The notes beneath the pieces are model-generated. The model saw only the letters and a program-made list of their open reading frames with translations, had not been told where the DNA came from and searched no databases. A DNA stretch of 64,000 bases from Tubiluchus corallicola (lineage: Eukaryota; Animalia; Priapulida): the NCBI GenBank assembly GCA_030141605.1, contig JAQGDQ010000051.1, positions 558,001-622,000 of the forward strand, written 5' to 3'. Position 1 is the first letter of the stretch; each line of letters opens with the position of its first letter. A program made the translations under genes and the position numbers. This document shows positions 51,480-63,900 of the stretch, piece after piece.

Positions 51480-52230
51480 TAATACATTGGATTTAGATCA
51501 GTTAATCTTACAAAAAAAGTTGTCACTCAATATTGAAAAAACAAAATTCATTGTATTCACATTCAAAAACAAAAAATCCCCAGTAATCTTATAGTAAAAC
51601 GTGATGAAGTCCCAGTGAACAAAGTAAAACACACAAAGTTCTTAGGCATCATTATAGACGAACACCTAACTTGGCAAGAACATATTAAATTTATCCAAAA
51701 TAAAATTTCCAAACCGTGGGGAGCATATACAGAGCTAGACACATATTGCCAAAATCTGGCGGTGCTACTACTATTATATAAAGGTTTTTTTACCATACCT
51801 TAATACTTCGACTAGTGTTTTGGAGGAACACATATACTAGTTGATAGGAAAAAATTCAAGTAATTCAGAAGAAAATTTTGTGGACCATAGCATTTGCAGG
51901 TTATAAGAAACCACATGTCACTAATATTGAAAATCCTTAATTTTCTTAGAATTTGTGACAGTATCAAGTTCCAAAGCACGATTTTCATGTACATATTCAC
52001 TCATAAACTATTGCCATGTTTATTTCTTGATTATTTTGTTTGAATACTGAAATACACAATTAATACACGACATATACTTAACTATCACTATTATAAAGAG
52101 CAACACAAATGAAAAAATTTCAAACAAACACAATGGCATCTACATATGGAATTCAATTGCTCCAGCTATCAAAATGCCAACTCACTCTCTCCATAAAAAA
52201 TATGGAAATCACACTTATTTGACACATACA
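51480..52230 (+). mobile_element. Degenerate CR1/L2-type LINE, 3' part
   Basis: KLSLNIEKTKFIVF..VKHTKFLGIIIDEHLTWQEHIKFIQNKISK. Confidence 0.88.
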
Positions 52231-52786
52231 GCTATTCACTCTATCATGATCTTCAACAACTTGAGCAATAATATAACGATTCATTCTCATCAGTGCATAT
52301 CTGTATAGTTCACACCTCTCTGTATCTTAATCAAGTGTTGCCTCTTCCACAAACGCTTGCTAAATGTGTTAAATCGTTTATTACTTCTCTGTACCATCCA
52401 TTATAGCTCTTTCTAACTACCAGTCACATATTATTAATGAATATTTTTTACTACTAATTCTGGTGGGTTAATTTAAGCTTGCTTCATAAGTCTCCAACCC
52501 CAAATGTATTCATGTAAATTGAACGTTGTATGAATTACAAATTGAGTTTATGTGCTTCTAGTATAAAAGTATTATGATTCTGTTGCAGGGTAAAATTAAT
52601 TAAATTGAAATTGAATTGAGTTGAATTAGACTACTTTGTTTAACTTTATTTTGTTTATTATGAATGTTATCAAAAACAACAAAAAGTGAAGTCTCCACAG
52701 TTATAATGATGCTGTCTCTTGCCTCTGCCTGTATCAGAACATTGTATAGCAAAGTGTATTTAATTGGAATTGTTTTTATTTTGTAG

Positions 52787-52927
52787 GCCTCCATTCACCT
52801 TTGGCTAATTCACATTCTCAGTTCATTCCTCAATACTATCATCCCGGTCATGCTGTTGGAAACTCAAATATGCCACCACCACAGACGCAACATCATTATC
52901 TACAAGCACATCATTTTAGTCGACCAG
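52787..52927 (+). CDS. E74: E74/ELF-like exon 5 (His/Pro/Gln-rich)
   Basis: Acceptor ttttattttgtAG, 141 nt open frame in phase 1-1, donor CAG/GTACGA. Confidence 0.82.
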
Positions 52928-54327
52928 GTACGAAAGTTGCTTATTTTATTAAATCCACATTTATAAATAATTGATGTAGACTAATATAATTAAGCTACTG
53001 CAACATTGTCCATTATGCAGAACAAAACTTTATTGGTGTCAAGGACCTACTTCGTACAGGCAGAATGAGGAAAGCTATTGTTGGAATGTTGGTACAGCAT
53101 ATTTTTATGTTACTTCCTAAGTAAGTTACTTACAAAGTAACCCTATCTCTTTGTCGTGTTGATGCCACTCTTGCTGTTGTGATGTAATAAGTTTTCAGCC
53201 AATTTTTATATTATGACATCACAATGGAGTTATTCTGTATTCTAAAACATGAAAAAACGAATTATTGGCATATTCAGATACTATGACAACAATAAATGAC
53301 AATCTAAATGACTCGAGTAACCCAAATTGATGCTTCGTATTCCAGACTAGGCATTAAAAATTCTTTGTCCAGGCAGCTTTTGCCAATCTTGTACATTCCA
53401 TGGTTTCATGTGTTTGAACTATCAATAGAATGTTATAAATGAATAGGCTGTTAAATTTTAATTATATCAATAATGTTCCTCTTTTGTTTTCACGATTAGC
53501 ATGAGATTTCCCCGAAACAAATCAACTTCACATCATGTGCTGTGGACATAACAAAACGTTTTGCATTGTTTTTGCCTTTATAATGTCTAATTTTAGCTGT
53601 TGTAGACAAATTAGATTATAAGAGCATCATGTTTACTGATGTTATGAGGCTATTACCTGTAAGTGTTATTAATTAATTAATTAATACTCAGCAACACTTA
53701 CATTACACGCTACATTTCACTACCGTATACTACACTGCAGCACACCACACAAAAGTAAATTTAAATACCTTTCCAGGACTAACACCTGGCAAATGTGTAG
53801 TGTACATATTTTTTCCAGTAAACACATAACCCTATCCTAGCTATCTATTTACTCCAATCAGAAGAAAATGCTTTTGGGGCTAGAAGTTTCGGTACTTTCA
53901 AATTTTGAAATTATAAATTTTACTACTTAATTCGGTTATTTAAAAAATAGCCTTTAATTAATTGACGTCGTATGCATCTATAGGCGTAATAATCGTATAA
54001 TAACGAGTTTGCCCTCGAGAAAAGCAATGCCTGATTGCAAAGAAAATGCTTTTGTTTATTAATCCTTGCTTGCTGGAATAATTTGGGCTAGTAGGAACGC
54101 GTGAGACACTGCTTTGTTAACGCTCGGGGGCAGTGCCTCTATGGCGGGACAAAGAACCGAAAAATCAAACAGGTTAAGAGGAACGTAGGCCGGAAGTAAT
54201 GAATACAAACAAAACCAGTTTCGAAATTTTTGATAATACCAGAGTGTAAATCAGAATGATTTAGCAATCTGTACTAAATGTGAACAATATAATGATATTC
54301 ACAATGATGATATTTAATAATAGTAAA

Positions 54328-54365
<38 letters not shown>
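54328..54365. repeat. (TAA)n microsatellite
   Basis: Direct observation. Confidence 0.9.
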
Positions 54366-54366
<1 letters not shown>

Positions 54367-54749
54367 TATTACTAAAAAAACAACAACAATAAAAATAATA
54401 ACCTGTAGGTCATCACTTTCACTCCCAGAATCATAATATTATTTTTTACTAATAGTAGTTTTTAACAAGTTCCAGCTTTTAGGGCGCTCCAGACGAGTGA
54501 CATTCGGTTTATCTCTATAAAGATGGTGAACTAACGTTTGATGAGTTTGCCAAGCTACGATTTAGTTGTTGCACAGTGACTGATATGTCCTCCACAAGTT
54601 TCTCTGTTCAGGCTTGTTCTGTATTGTTTTGTATGACAGACAATAAAAGCAAAAAGTGATGTTCAATTTAACTCAACGCAATATAAAAATAGTTGATTTT
54701 CTGAGCTTAATAAAACGTTCGATAACAAGGCGGGCCAATGCTAGTGGCA

Positions 54750-54763
54750 TAGGTCATGACCTA
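54750..54763. promoter_or_regulatory. Perfect palindromic nuclear-receptor element, IR0 tAGGTCA-TGACCTa
   Basis: Exact AGGTCATGACCT in intron 5 of the E74-like gene; function is inferred. Confidence 0.4.
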
Positions 54764-57479
54764 CAAGGATAGCGCCTCCACACACGCCTTGTTTACCCTC
54801 TTCACCTTAAAGTATTAATTGATTGCTCTAGTAACATTCGTTACCTTGAACTCTTTGTCCAACTGTTTCATTGACAGCAGCAATTAAGACACCCATATTA
54901 AGTGTACGGAAAAACCTGGAATTTTCTTTCTGTTTAGGGTTATCATTCCTGCCCATTTTATCTAATGTTAATCTACAAAATTTGCTTCTCTTCAACATAA
55001 GTGTGAATGTTGCACACTTGAATAGAGCAATGTCTATTATACGATAGTATCAGTTCAAGGCTATTTGTTTTCACTTCAACTTTGCGAAGCTGAAAGATGT
55101 GCTGTAAATCACACAAGAACGAAACAAATTGGATAATGTCTAGCGTTCCGGTTTACAGTATGTTACTAAGCATGACATTTTAATTTTAACGATGAAACTA
55201 GCGACTGACAAAACCAATAATTCTCTAGTGCAACTGTAATAAGCATTCGAAATCCTAGAGGATAGCTATAATTGCAAACATTACTATATTTTCGATGTTT
55301 ATAGAATGCATAGTAGAAGCGCAAGGGCACGACGCTGTGACACTGTACAATTCGTTAGAGCTGGGTTCAAGGCTAAAGTCTACATTTGCACACCTGCCGT
55401 GCAAGGGGGATTAGCGTACCACATCCGCTAAGCATTTCCCCATTACTGGAGAGCAAAGACCTCCACAGCTATGAACAACTTCTACAGGAACTAATAGTAA
55501 AAGACTTGTTTCATTTGTTTGGGCCTTCTTTCTGACCATGAGTGGATTTTTTCTCCTTGCGTTTCCAGTTTATCATTGATGTTAACACTCGGCAATGGGG
55601 TTATTTTTTGTAAACTGCGACTGCTAATCCTTTGTATGCTTTATGGAAGGTAAACGAAAAAAATGTGGCTGCCTCACAGATGTTCATTCCACCCAAAAGC
55701 CAGCGCTAATAAAAAAATTTCATACCTTACAACTTGGTAACTTTGAATTTCTGCTATTTCTACACGAACACTCATCTGAAGTAGAAAGCTGGGCATAAAT
55801 ATCAGCATCTACGTGAAACGTAAGAGCCAGATGTAATCTCAACATTGCCCATAACCACCAAAAATACACTAATCCTAATAGTATTCCAATGCTGCATTGG
55901 CCTATCGCAAATATTACGTGTACATAGAAATAACGTAAAAACTTTGAAATATAAAAATCGGAAGCAGCCCATAGTTTCTGGCGATATGGCCCACTGTTCC
56001 GTTTTTACTATCACGATGTGGTCGTGTTTTTCTAAGCTTACGAATTACGACTATTGCGCGTCTAGTACTTAAAAATCAAAGTTCTTATACTGCCTTCCTA
56101 GATTATGCTCATAAAATAGATTCATTGTTCGCTTTGGGAACACATTTCGGGGCGATACAGTACGTAATTAACCTCCGGAGCCTCAGTTATATTCAGACGG
56201 AAAACCAGTTTTGTGGCATCTCTGATAATAATTGGCAAGTAAACGTGGCCCTGTCGCTGAACTTCCTGCTTGGGTTGAAGGACGTGAGCGCTGAGTAGAA
56301 AACTCGCTCAAGCGATTCTATCAAGCTGTATTGCCAGCAAAGTGCAGGTGACTAGTAACCGCCAAGATTTTTAAGTACATTTACAAAACCAATGAAAACC
56401 AAGACTTTGACTTCTGTGGTTCCTAAATTTTCTTTTTAAGCAGTCTTAATTCAAAAAACTTGAAGATGCATTTTTTTCATTTTTTAAATATCGTCATATA
56501 TATATATATATACTTAGAGCAAACAAAAACTTTAAAGATAGATTGGGTAATTTATTTACTGTTAGTGCGCTGAGAGACTATTGCCATCGAGAGTGCATAT
56601 AACAATAGACTTCAGACAATTAAGAAACTTAGACCTAAAACTTAAAACCAAAACAGGACGTCCTTAAAAACAAAAATTTCTAATTAAAATATATTTGCTT
56701 TAGTTGCCAAGAATTATTAGAGCACAATGACCTAGGACTCTGTAAGTGACGTATAAACAGTGTGAGGTCAACATGATTGTTTTTATTCTAGGACTAAAAA
56801 TGATTTATATTCATCGGCCTGCAATAATGTGATTATTTAAACACTTTGTAAACCTACTGCATGTCCTTTATATTTTCCCCAAATAAACAGTTTTAAACGG
56901 TGTGAAGTACATTTTAGGCAATCTCACATTTCGGTTTTTTTTAAATCTGAATTTCAACAGCGTAAGTAGCCATTACCTTTGTCTTTATTACCTACATGAC
57001 ACGCACATGAAGAATGCATTTGGGTTGAAAGTTAGTATACTGTGTTTAAGAAAAGTTAATTATAAGCAAGCTGGCAAGGCCTCTAATATTTTGAGATGAA
57101 ACGCAGTGCTAGCAACGCCAATGATCTTGAAACATGACTCGAAACCTACTGGATCCAAAGGATTACACCACAGATAATGTTCGAACAATCCGGTTGGAGA
57201 GATGCCGCTTGACGCCTACGTAGGTAGACAGCTTCATAAGCTGTATATGTATATTGATATATCACTCAGGACCTTTCATGAATGGAATATGGAGACAGAA
57301 AGAGAAACCAGTAATAAACTTAGAAAATGTACGGAATGTTTGCACCGGAACTGGAATTTTAAACAACCTAGAAGGCATGTAAATTCCCCTTAGGTGCAGT
57401 ATAGCGAGCGCCAGACAGTTTTCAGAGATAGGCAGCAGTGGTACACAAATCCCAATTGAATGTTATTCTTACCAATAAT

Positions 57480-57589
57480 TAGTCTTACGTCATTGGTCTT
57501 TAACGACCTACATGATTGGTCTTTAAAGACCGTAGTCTTACGTCATTGGTCTTTAACGACCTACATGATTGGTCTTTAAAGACCGTAGT
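57480..57589. repeat. Perfect 53-bp tandem duplication
   Basis: tagtcttacgtcattggtctttaacgacctacatgattggtctttaaagaccg occurs twice. Confidence 0.95.
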
Positions 57590-57609
57590 GAATCACTAGC
57601 TAGCTCAAA

Positions 57610-58060
57610 GAGGTATTTTAGACCCAGTGTAAAAGGTTGTGTACTGTGCCTCGCTTATAATGTATTGGGCTAACCGACACAAAAGTCAATTGCACTCCTA
57701 TCTCAGTGGATTTGTGCTACACACAGTTGACACAAGCTGCCAATTTGCCATTATCTTCCTTATAGATACGCATATCTAGAAAAAGGATAGACCCATTTTT
57801 CTCAACCTCAACTGTAAGATGTATAGCCAAGTGCAAACCATTCAAGAACATATGCACAAGAAACATGGGCAGTTATCTAAAGAATGTATGCTGATCCAGA
57901 TAAGACTCCACGATCACATAGACGTTGCGATGCAATGTCTATGGCTTCCTTCACAAGTAGGGATGTGAACAGTGACTCTACACCAAATGACACCATGAAA
58001 GCTGAACTCTGGAACTCAGATCCATTGATGAGATATGATTTCCTGTATGGTCGAAATTGA
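57610..58060 (-). mobile_element. Penelope-like element RT fragment
   Basis: VSFGVESLFTSLLVKEAIDI and LTVEVEKNGSILFLD..YKRGTV resemble the Penelope motifs VSFDVxSLFT and FTxExE.NG.LPFLD. Confidence 0.8.
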
Positions 58061-58862
58061 TGTTGCCTTAGGTAACACAGATGAAACAATATTTCCTGCA
58101 TAATTTCTCCGCCTCAGCTAAAACATCAAAACGATTACATTTGGCTAAACTGGAATGCTTTGGTCCGAATTTTACCACATCAATGACTCATTGTGGTAGA
58201 CTCATATATGAGATACTCATAACTGAATAATACATTGCAATTGCAGGTCTGTCATATATCTTCCTGGGCTGTGTAATTTTCCCGGCATGTGTATAACGAA
58301 CTTGGCAGATACCTGGCAGAAGCCCAGTGTAGATGCTATTATCAACAATAACTCACTGCGAGCAAAGCCATTAGTAAAAAAACGGTAGGGAAACGAAATA
58401 CGTTTACCACCATTAGTTCAAGGTCATCTTGACACTTAGTCAGCTAATTAGAAAGGAAACTCTGTTGCTATCTAATTGTAACTCTGGAACTGACTGGGAG
58501 TGTTGCTTGATAGGTGAAGCACCCTGAAAGTTTGAAAGACAGAAACTTTGGCACTAACTAATCTACAAGCAGGTCTGTAGAAACTGCTTGGAAAGTATAC
58601 ACTTCCTATGTTTCAAGGTGGCATTCACATTTGCATAATAGAGGCTGTGCTGACTCTCCAACTATGGCAAAAGACCATTTACGTAAGAAAATACCTAGTG
58701 ACCATACATGCACGTTCGTGCATCTCAGCTGCAATGCTAAACTACATCCCCATCCTATATGAGTTCTGTGTTGTGTGTGTGAGGCGCAGTATATCCAAAA
58801 ACAGACTATACTGTAGGGTGTACAGTTCACTTCATATGCACTCATCGCTAGAAAATAACACT

Positions 58863-59051
58863 TTAGCCTCTGGCTTCTAGAGTACCAATAGTCATTCTCT
58901 TTAGACCACTTTTAACAACTTGTACTGCCCTCTCTGCTTGTTCGTTAGATGCCGGTTTGAATCGGGCAGATTTAATATGTTTCATGCCATCGTTAGTTAA
59001 TAATTTCTGAAATTCAAAACTTGTAAAAGTAGTACCGTTATCGGAGACCAA
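58863..59051 (-). mobile_element. Ty3/Gypsy integrase core fragment
   Basis: VSDNGTTFTSFEF..KHIKSARFKPASNEQAERAVQVVKSGLK covers the D..E region of the DDE motif. Confidence 0.9.
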
Positions 59052-59546
59052 AGAGCTTAGTTTAGTTGAAGCTGTTAGTACAACAAAATAAAACTAAATT
59101 TAAATTCACCAGATATTGATATATCGGCTCAGGCCAAGAAGGTAAACTTGTACAGGACTCCATACTACATACAAGTAACAAATTAGCATCTTCAACAATA
59201 AAAACTGTATAATAACTACAGAGCAGAGGCATTCATAACCTAATTCTGTGTCATTCGGTCCTAGCGGTTTGTTTGTTCAGATGACGAAGGGATGAGCCCC
59301 TCCTGTCTTAGAAACCGCAAAATAGACTGTATTCATGATAAAATTATCAACACATAGGCTTCCTGAGATAGGCTTACTCATTCTCTATTTTTGCCTGAAT
59401 ATAGCAACAAAAAGAAAAAACATTGCCTTCATTATAACAGTGATACTATTAAAAGCAATATCGTTATAGGCATTGTCCATTTTTCTGCAACAGACTAAAC
59501 AGTCTTGTAAATATTCTAAACTGAGGCTGTTTTATATTTGTTACAG

Positions 59547-59753
59547 ATCGTATGTACACATACCAACAGTTACCTATACTACCACCATCGCAGCACATAA
59601 GACACCCAGTTTTGCGAGATCCTCTTCATACTCCGCCATCTCCAACATCGCCTAATGAAAGATCCAAATTACACCTGCAGCGGCCGCCCAAGAAACCACG
59701 ACGATCCAAAACAGATGCGAATGGTCTACCTGTGAAACGGAAAAATAGGGAAA
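59547..59753 (+). CDS. E74: E74/ELF-like exon 6 (Pro-rich and basic pre-ETS region)
   Basis: Acceptor ttgttacAG, phase 1-1, donor AAA/GTAAGT; ends ..PKKPRRSK..KRKNRE. Confidence 0.92.
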
Positions 59754-60287
59754 GTAAGTGAACAACGCATGTGATTTGCAAAGCCTTGCAGCGTTTTTTA
59801 GTGATTATTAGTGACTGTGTTAATATTACTAAGCCCAAGCAATTAGCATTTAGTGATTGTTTGTGCCTTTTTTTTGTTTTTTTTTCACCTGAAGATAGTC
59901 CAAAGCGGTAAACCTAAATGTCGTGCCTTTGGTATCTTTTATTTTATTTTCTGTGAGATATTTTTATTAAATGAACTCCATGAATTCTGTATATCCGTGT
60001 AACTGAACTCCTGGCCTCCTAGACAAAGCTCTAACACCATAGCTGTTTACCTTTTTACTATTCCTATTTCACCTTTTTGATATTTGATGATGGTTTGTAA
60101 TAAATATGATTATGTGGAACGCACGCGTCAGCTTTCAATAAAGCATACGTGAGAAACTAGACAACATCTTATAAGCATTGTATACTTGCCATGAACAATT
60201 TTTACTTAATTTACTGTATCTAAAAATTGTGTACTAGCATAGATTTGTACAACATCTTTAGTATGTGTCACTAAGCTGATTTTTTAG

Positions 60288-60480
60288 GTTCTACAACGTA
60301 CCTATGGGAATTTTTACTTAAACTATTACAAGACAAAGATACATGTCCACGATTTATAAAATGGACCAACAAAGAGAAAGGAATTTTTAAACTGGTTGAT
60401 TCGAAAGCAGTGTCCAGATTATGGGGTCAGCATAAGAACAAACCAGACATGAATTATGAGACAATGGGACGAGCTCTAAG
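60288..60480 (+). CDS. E74: E74/ELF-like exon 7, N-terminal part of the ETS domain
   Basis: [64 protein letters not shown]; missed by the ORF track. Confidence 0.98.
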
Positions 60481-60913
60481 GTAAATTTTGGTTTACATAA
60501 GTATACTAAGTTACACATTGTATGAAAAAATAATTATTTTCATAAATAAATGATAAATAATGAAAATGTTGTTACTTAGGAAATAAAACTCAATAGAAAA
60601 TAAAAATAAAAAACAATATTATTCCAACAAAGTAATTTGCAGCGTGAACTGAGGCTCGAAAAACTATCGTACTTCTTGTCCATTCACAATATTCCTTTTT
60701 TTTTGTAAGGAATAGCATCAAGTTCTTATATCAGAAATAGCGCATTACATTTTTTGGGAGTTTCATTGGCATACACAATGATAAGGTGTCATTGCCCTAC
60801 TTGGCTGGAAAAAATATCTTGTAACTCAAGACCAGAAGTGCCGAGAAGAACCGTTGTTGACCCTATTTATATCACTGATTGCTTGGAGATAAATAAATTT
60901 ATTTATTATTTAG

Positions 60914-61016
60914 GTATTACTATCAGCGAGGAATTCTTGCCAAAGTTGATGGACAACGACTTGTTTATCAGTTCGTAGATCTGCCCAAAGATATTGTTGA
61001 TCCACAGAGTTTATAA
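60914..61016 (+). CDS. E74: E74/ELF-like exon 8, end of the ETS domain and stop
   Basis: [33 protein letters not shown]; phase-2 junction AG+G = Arg. Confidence 0.98.
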
Positions 61017-63900
61017 ATACAGTCGGTGTTGCCAAAATGAATCTGTCTCTTGTCATCTGCCAATTTTGTCACCATAGCTGACTGAAATGTTTGCAGAAGT
61101 ACACACATAAATACACTTGTACATAATGTATAGTTAAAAGGATTTACACAAAAATGATTGAATAGTTACTTAACTGCTCTGTATCATTGTTAAAGTTGTA
61201 TATTGTTATTAGATTTAAGACATTTTTCTCGTGTAATTTAGGGTAAAATTCTGTAAAATGCCCACTTTGACTTTCGTATCATTGATAGCATCACTCCCAC
61301 TATATTGTGTACATTCGTGTATTGCTTTTGTCGAGCATGAGCATAAATATTAATTTCGTGTAATATGACATACTTTGTTCTGCAAACTGTCATAGCTAAA
61401 ATTATGAAAATGATAACAAACATGTATTTAATTAAGCAGCTCTACAAAAACAAAATCAGGCTTAAAACTAAAAACGAAGTTATTATCAATAATGGACAAA
61501 CATTCCACGTACTGTCTTGTTGCTGTGTTTTGTCCTTTTCCAGCAGTGTGGTGGGGCCTATACAAAGGCCCAGTGCATGTACGGGCACTCCTGCACTTGG
61601 CAGTTTCCGTATACAACGTATAATTGCATCCTATCGGTATAACCAATTATTAATTGTTCAAGCAAGAGATTTTTTAATTTGAAAAACAAAACTTTTATTA
61701 AAGGCTTTAAGATATAAAATTTTGAAAAACATGTCACATACGTTTCAACTGCAGGCTGCAGTCGTTTTCAGTGTGATAAATTATGCAAACAACAACCAGT
61801 TTTATAGGCAGGGCCTACAGTACAGAAGTTCACGAATCATTGTATATAAAGAAAGCAAAAATATATTGAATTTACAGGCCTGCAGAAAAAAGAGTAAAAA
61901 GTATAGTTAGGTGTTTATAAATAAAGTTAAGGGAATTGAACTACTTTGCACATTACGTGAAAGCTTGTTAGGGTACATGGATAAACTTTATTTTATTATT
62001 CCCTCTTGTTTGTAGCTTTGGTCACAATGCTGAAATTATTAAAATCAGCCCAAGATCCAGAGGTACAAATTAGGTCTTGAATGTTAGATTGAGGAGGATG
62101 TTTAGTCTCTTGCTAGTTCTAGAGGCATACCCGATGTTCACATATTGTTACTTTAACGTGCCTAGACGCTTTGCCATGGCTGACAGCATTGCAGCTAATA
62201 CACTGAAATCTATAAACAATGCCATGTGCAAAGTAATTCAATTCCCTTAACTTTGTTTGCAAACTCCTCACTATGCTTTTACTGTATATGCTTCTTTTCT
62301 ACAGGTCTGTTAATTCATTGCATCTTTGGCTTCCTTGTAAATACACAATAGTGAATTTCTGTAGTGTAGGCTCTGCCTATAAAACTGGTTGTTGTTTGCG
62401 TAATCTGTCACACAGAAGATAACTGCAGCTTGCAGTCGAAACGTTTGTGGCATGTTTTCTGACATTTCATATCTTTAAGCTTTACATTACAATCCAGCGT
62501 TTTAGCCTTTAATTTCAACTTTTCAGTTTCATAGTCACCTATTCACTTACTAACCGTGATCAGCACAGCTAACCATCAAATCACATTCAGCTATTTTCAC
62601 TGAGTTTGATGTCTTGAAATTAAGCTTACTAATTACTAACAATGGTCTATGTGCACTCTATAGTTTTCGTACTTACGAAACGGAACTACGGCGTCCCCGT
62701 ACGACCTACTTCATGATATTTAAAATCTTATGGACCTGTTCTTCTGGACAAAAAGCTAGTAATAAAACTTCCCTAAGCCCCCCCCCCCCCCCGATAGGGA
62801 AGTGCCTATAAACAATGTATATTAGGTAATATGTCAAAGTTTCTGAAAATCGGGCGTCTAGTTTCAAGAACATACAAATTGTTTGGAGTGATGGGCGATC
62901 GATAGAATCTGAGCCAGCCTGCTACGGCCTCCATTGAAAGGACTACGAGTACTATAAAATTTGCCAAAAAGCTGTAACCCAAAATATTGAACTTTTGCCT
63001 GCTACACTTGCATATCAAGACACTAATAGGCTTTTCTTTATGAGCCTACATGTTTGTTAACGCAGTCTGTAGCAGCTCAGCAGGACATGACAGTTTTGTC
63101 ATTCTTTTTAAACTGTGATCGTCTTTATTACTATCATTTATGTTGCAAACAATATTAATTTTAATGAAATCATTTGGAACTAACATTGTATTCACTCCCT
63201 ATATTATCATCTATGGAATTTGTCCACAAAAATAACACGAGACATGTAAGGAAATAATAAAAGTTTAGTTTCATTCCACTTTTTATTTGTTATTGAAAAT
63301 AATCTCTAATTGAAAATGTGTTCGCTTGTAATTCAGTTATTCACTTCACATTCATGTATTTCATTTGCTACTTAATTCGCTGAGTATATCCGGTGTGCAG
63401 ATTTTTATGATCGCCAAAATATCATCGTTATCATCACTATCATCGTCACCAAGTCAAGACATACTATTATAGAAATATTTAGTAACTATATTTTGTACGA
63501 AATTATGTGCTTTTGAAGGACCACTATGAGATTCTAATGTTGTAGTGTTTTTACGGTACTAAGTTACTGTGCATTTAACGTTTAAAATAATGTATATAGA
63601 CATTTTTATAACTGTTGGTACTATAAATGATCATAAAGTTATTTACTGATTTTTTTACTATGGCTTAAACGCTGGTGGTGTGAAATTATAGTGCACATGA
63701 ACGTATTATTTTAATATTGTAATATTTGTAATATAATTTTTGTACTATTTGATTGGTCAGGTGGAAAAACAGAATTAATTTTTAGATCTATAAGATTATT
63801 TTCATAATTATACATTTAGCAATTGGCTTATTGTTACAAGCATCTACATTTATTGGTTGGGATTTAATACAAAATAAATTAATAATTATGCTTATAACAA
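61017..63900 (+). other. Putative long 3' UTR of the E74-like gene (3' end uncertain)
   Basis: AT-rich; four TGTAHATA elements; candidate AATAAA at about 61920, 62761, 63256 and 63873. Confidence 0.4.
62406..62452 (+). ncRNA. Degenerate minimal type I hammerhead ribozyme (Penelope-type)
   Basis: Stem I TGTCACA/TGTGGCA, core CAGAAGA (consensus CTGANGA), stem II ACTGCA-gct-TGCAGT, then GAAACGTT. Confidence 0.6.

Noticed and set aside
54510-54560. KDGELTFDEFAKL, an EF-hand-like peptide
   Set aside because: Too short, with an in-frame stop just upstream and no exon structure; may be chance.
59262-59320. Type III hammerhead-like string (gcggttt..atgacga..gaaaccgc)
   Set aside because: The core C is missing, stem I is weak and there are extra bases before GAAA.
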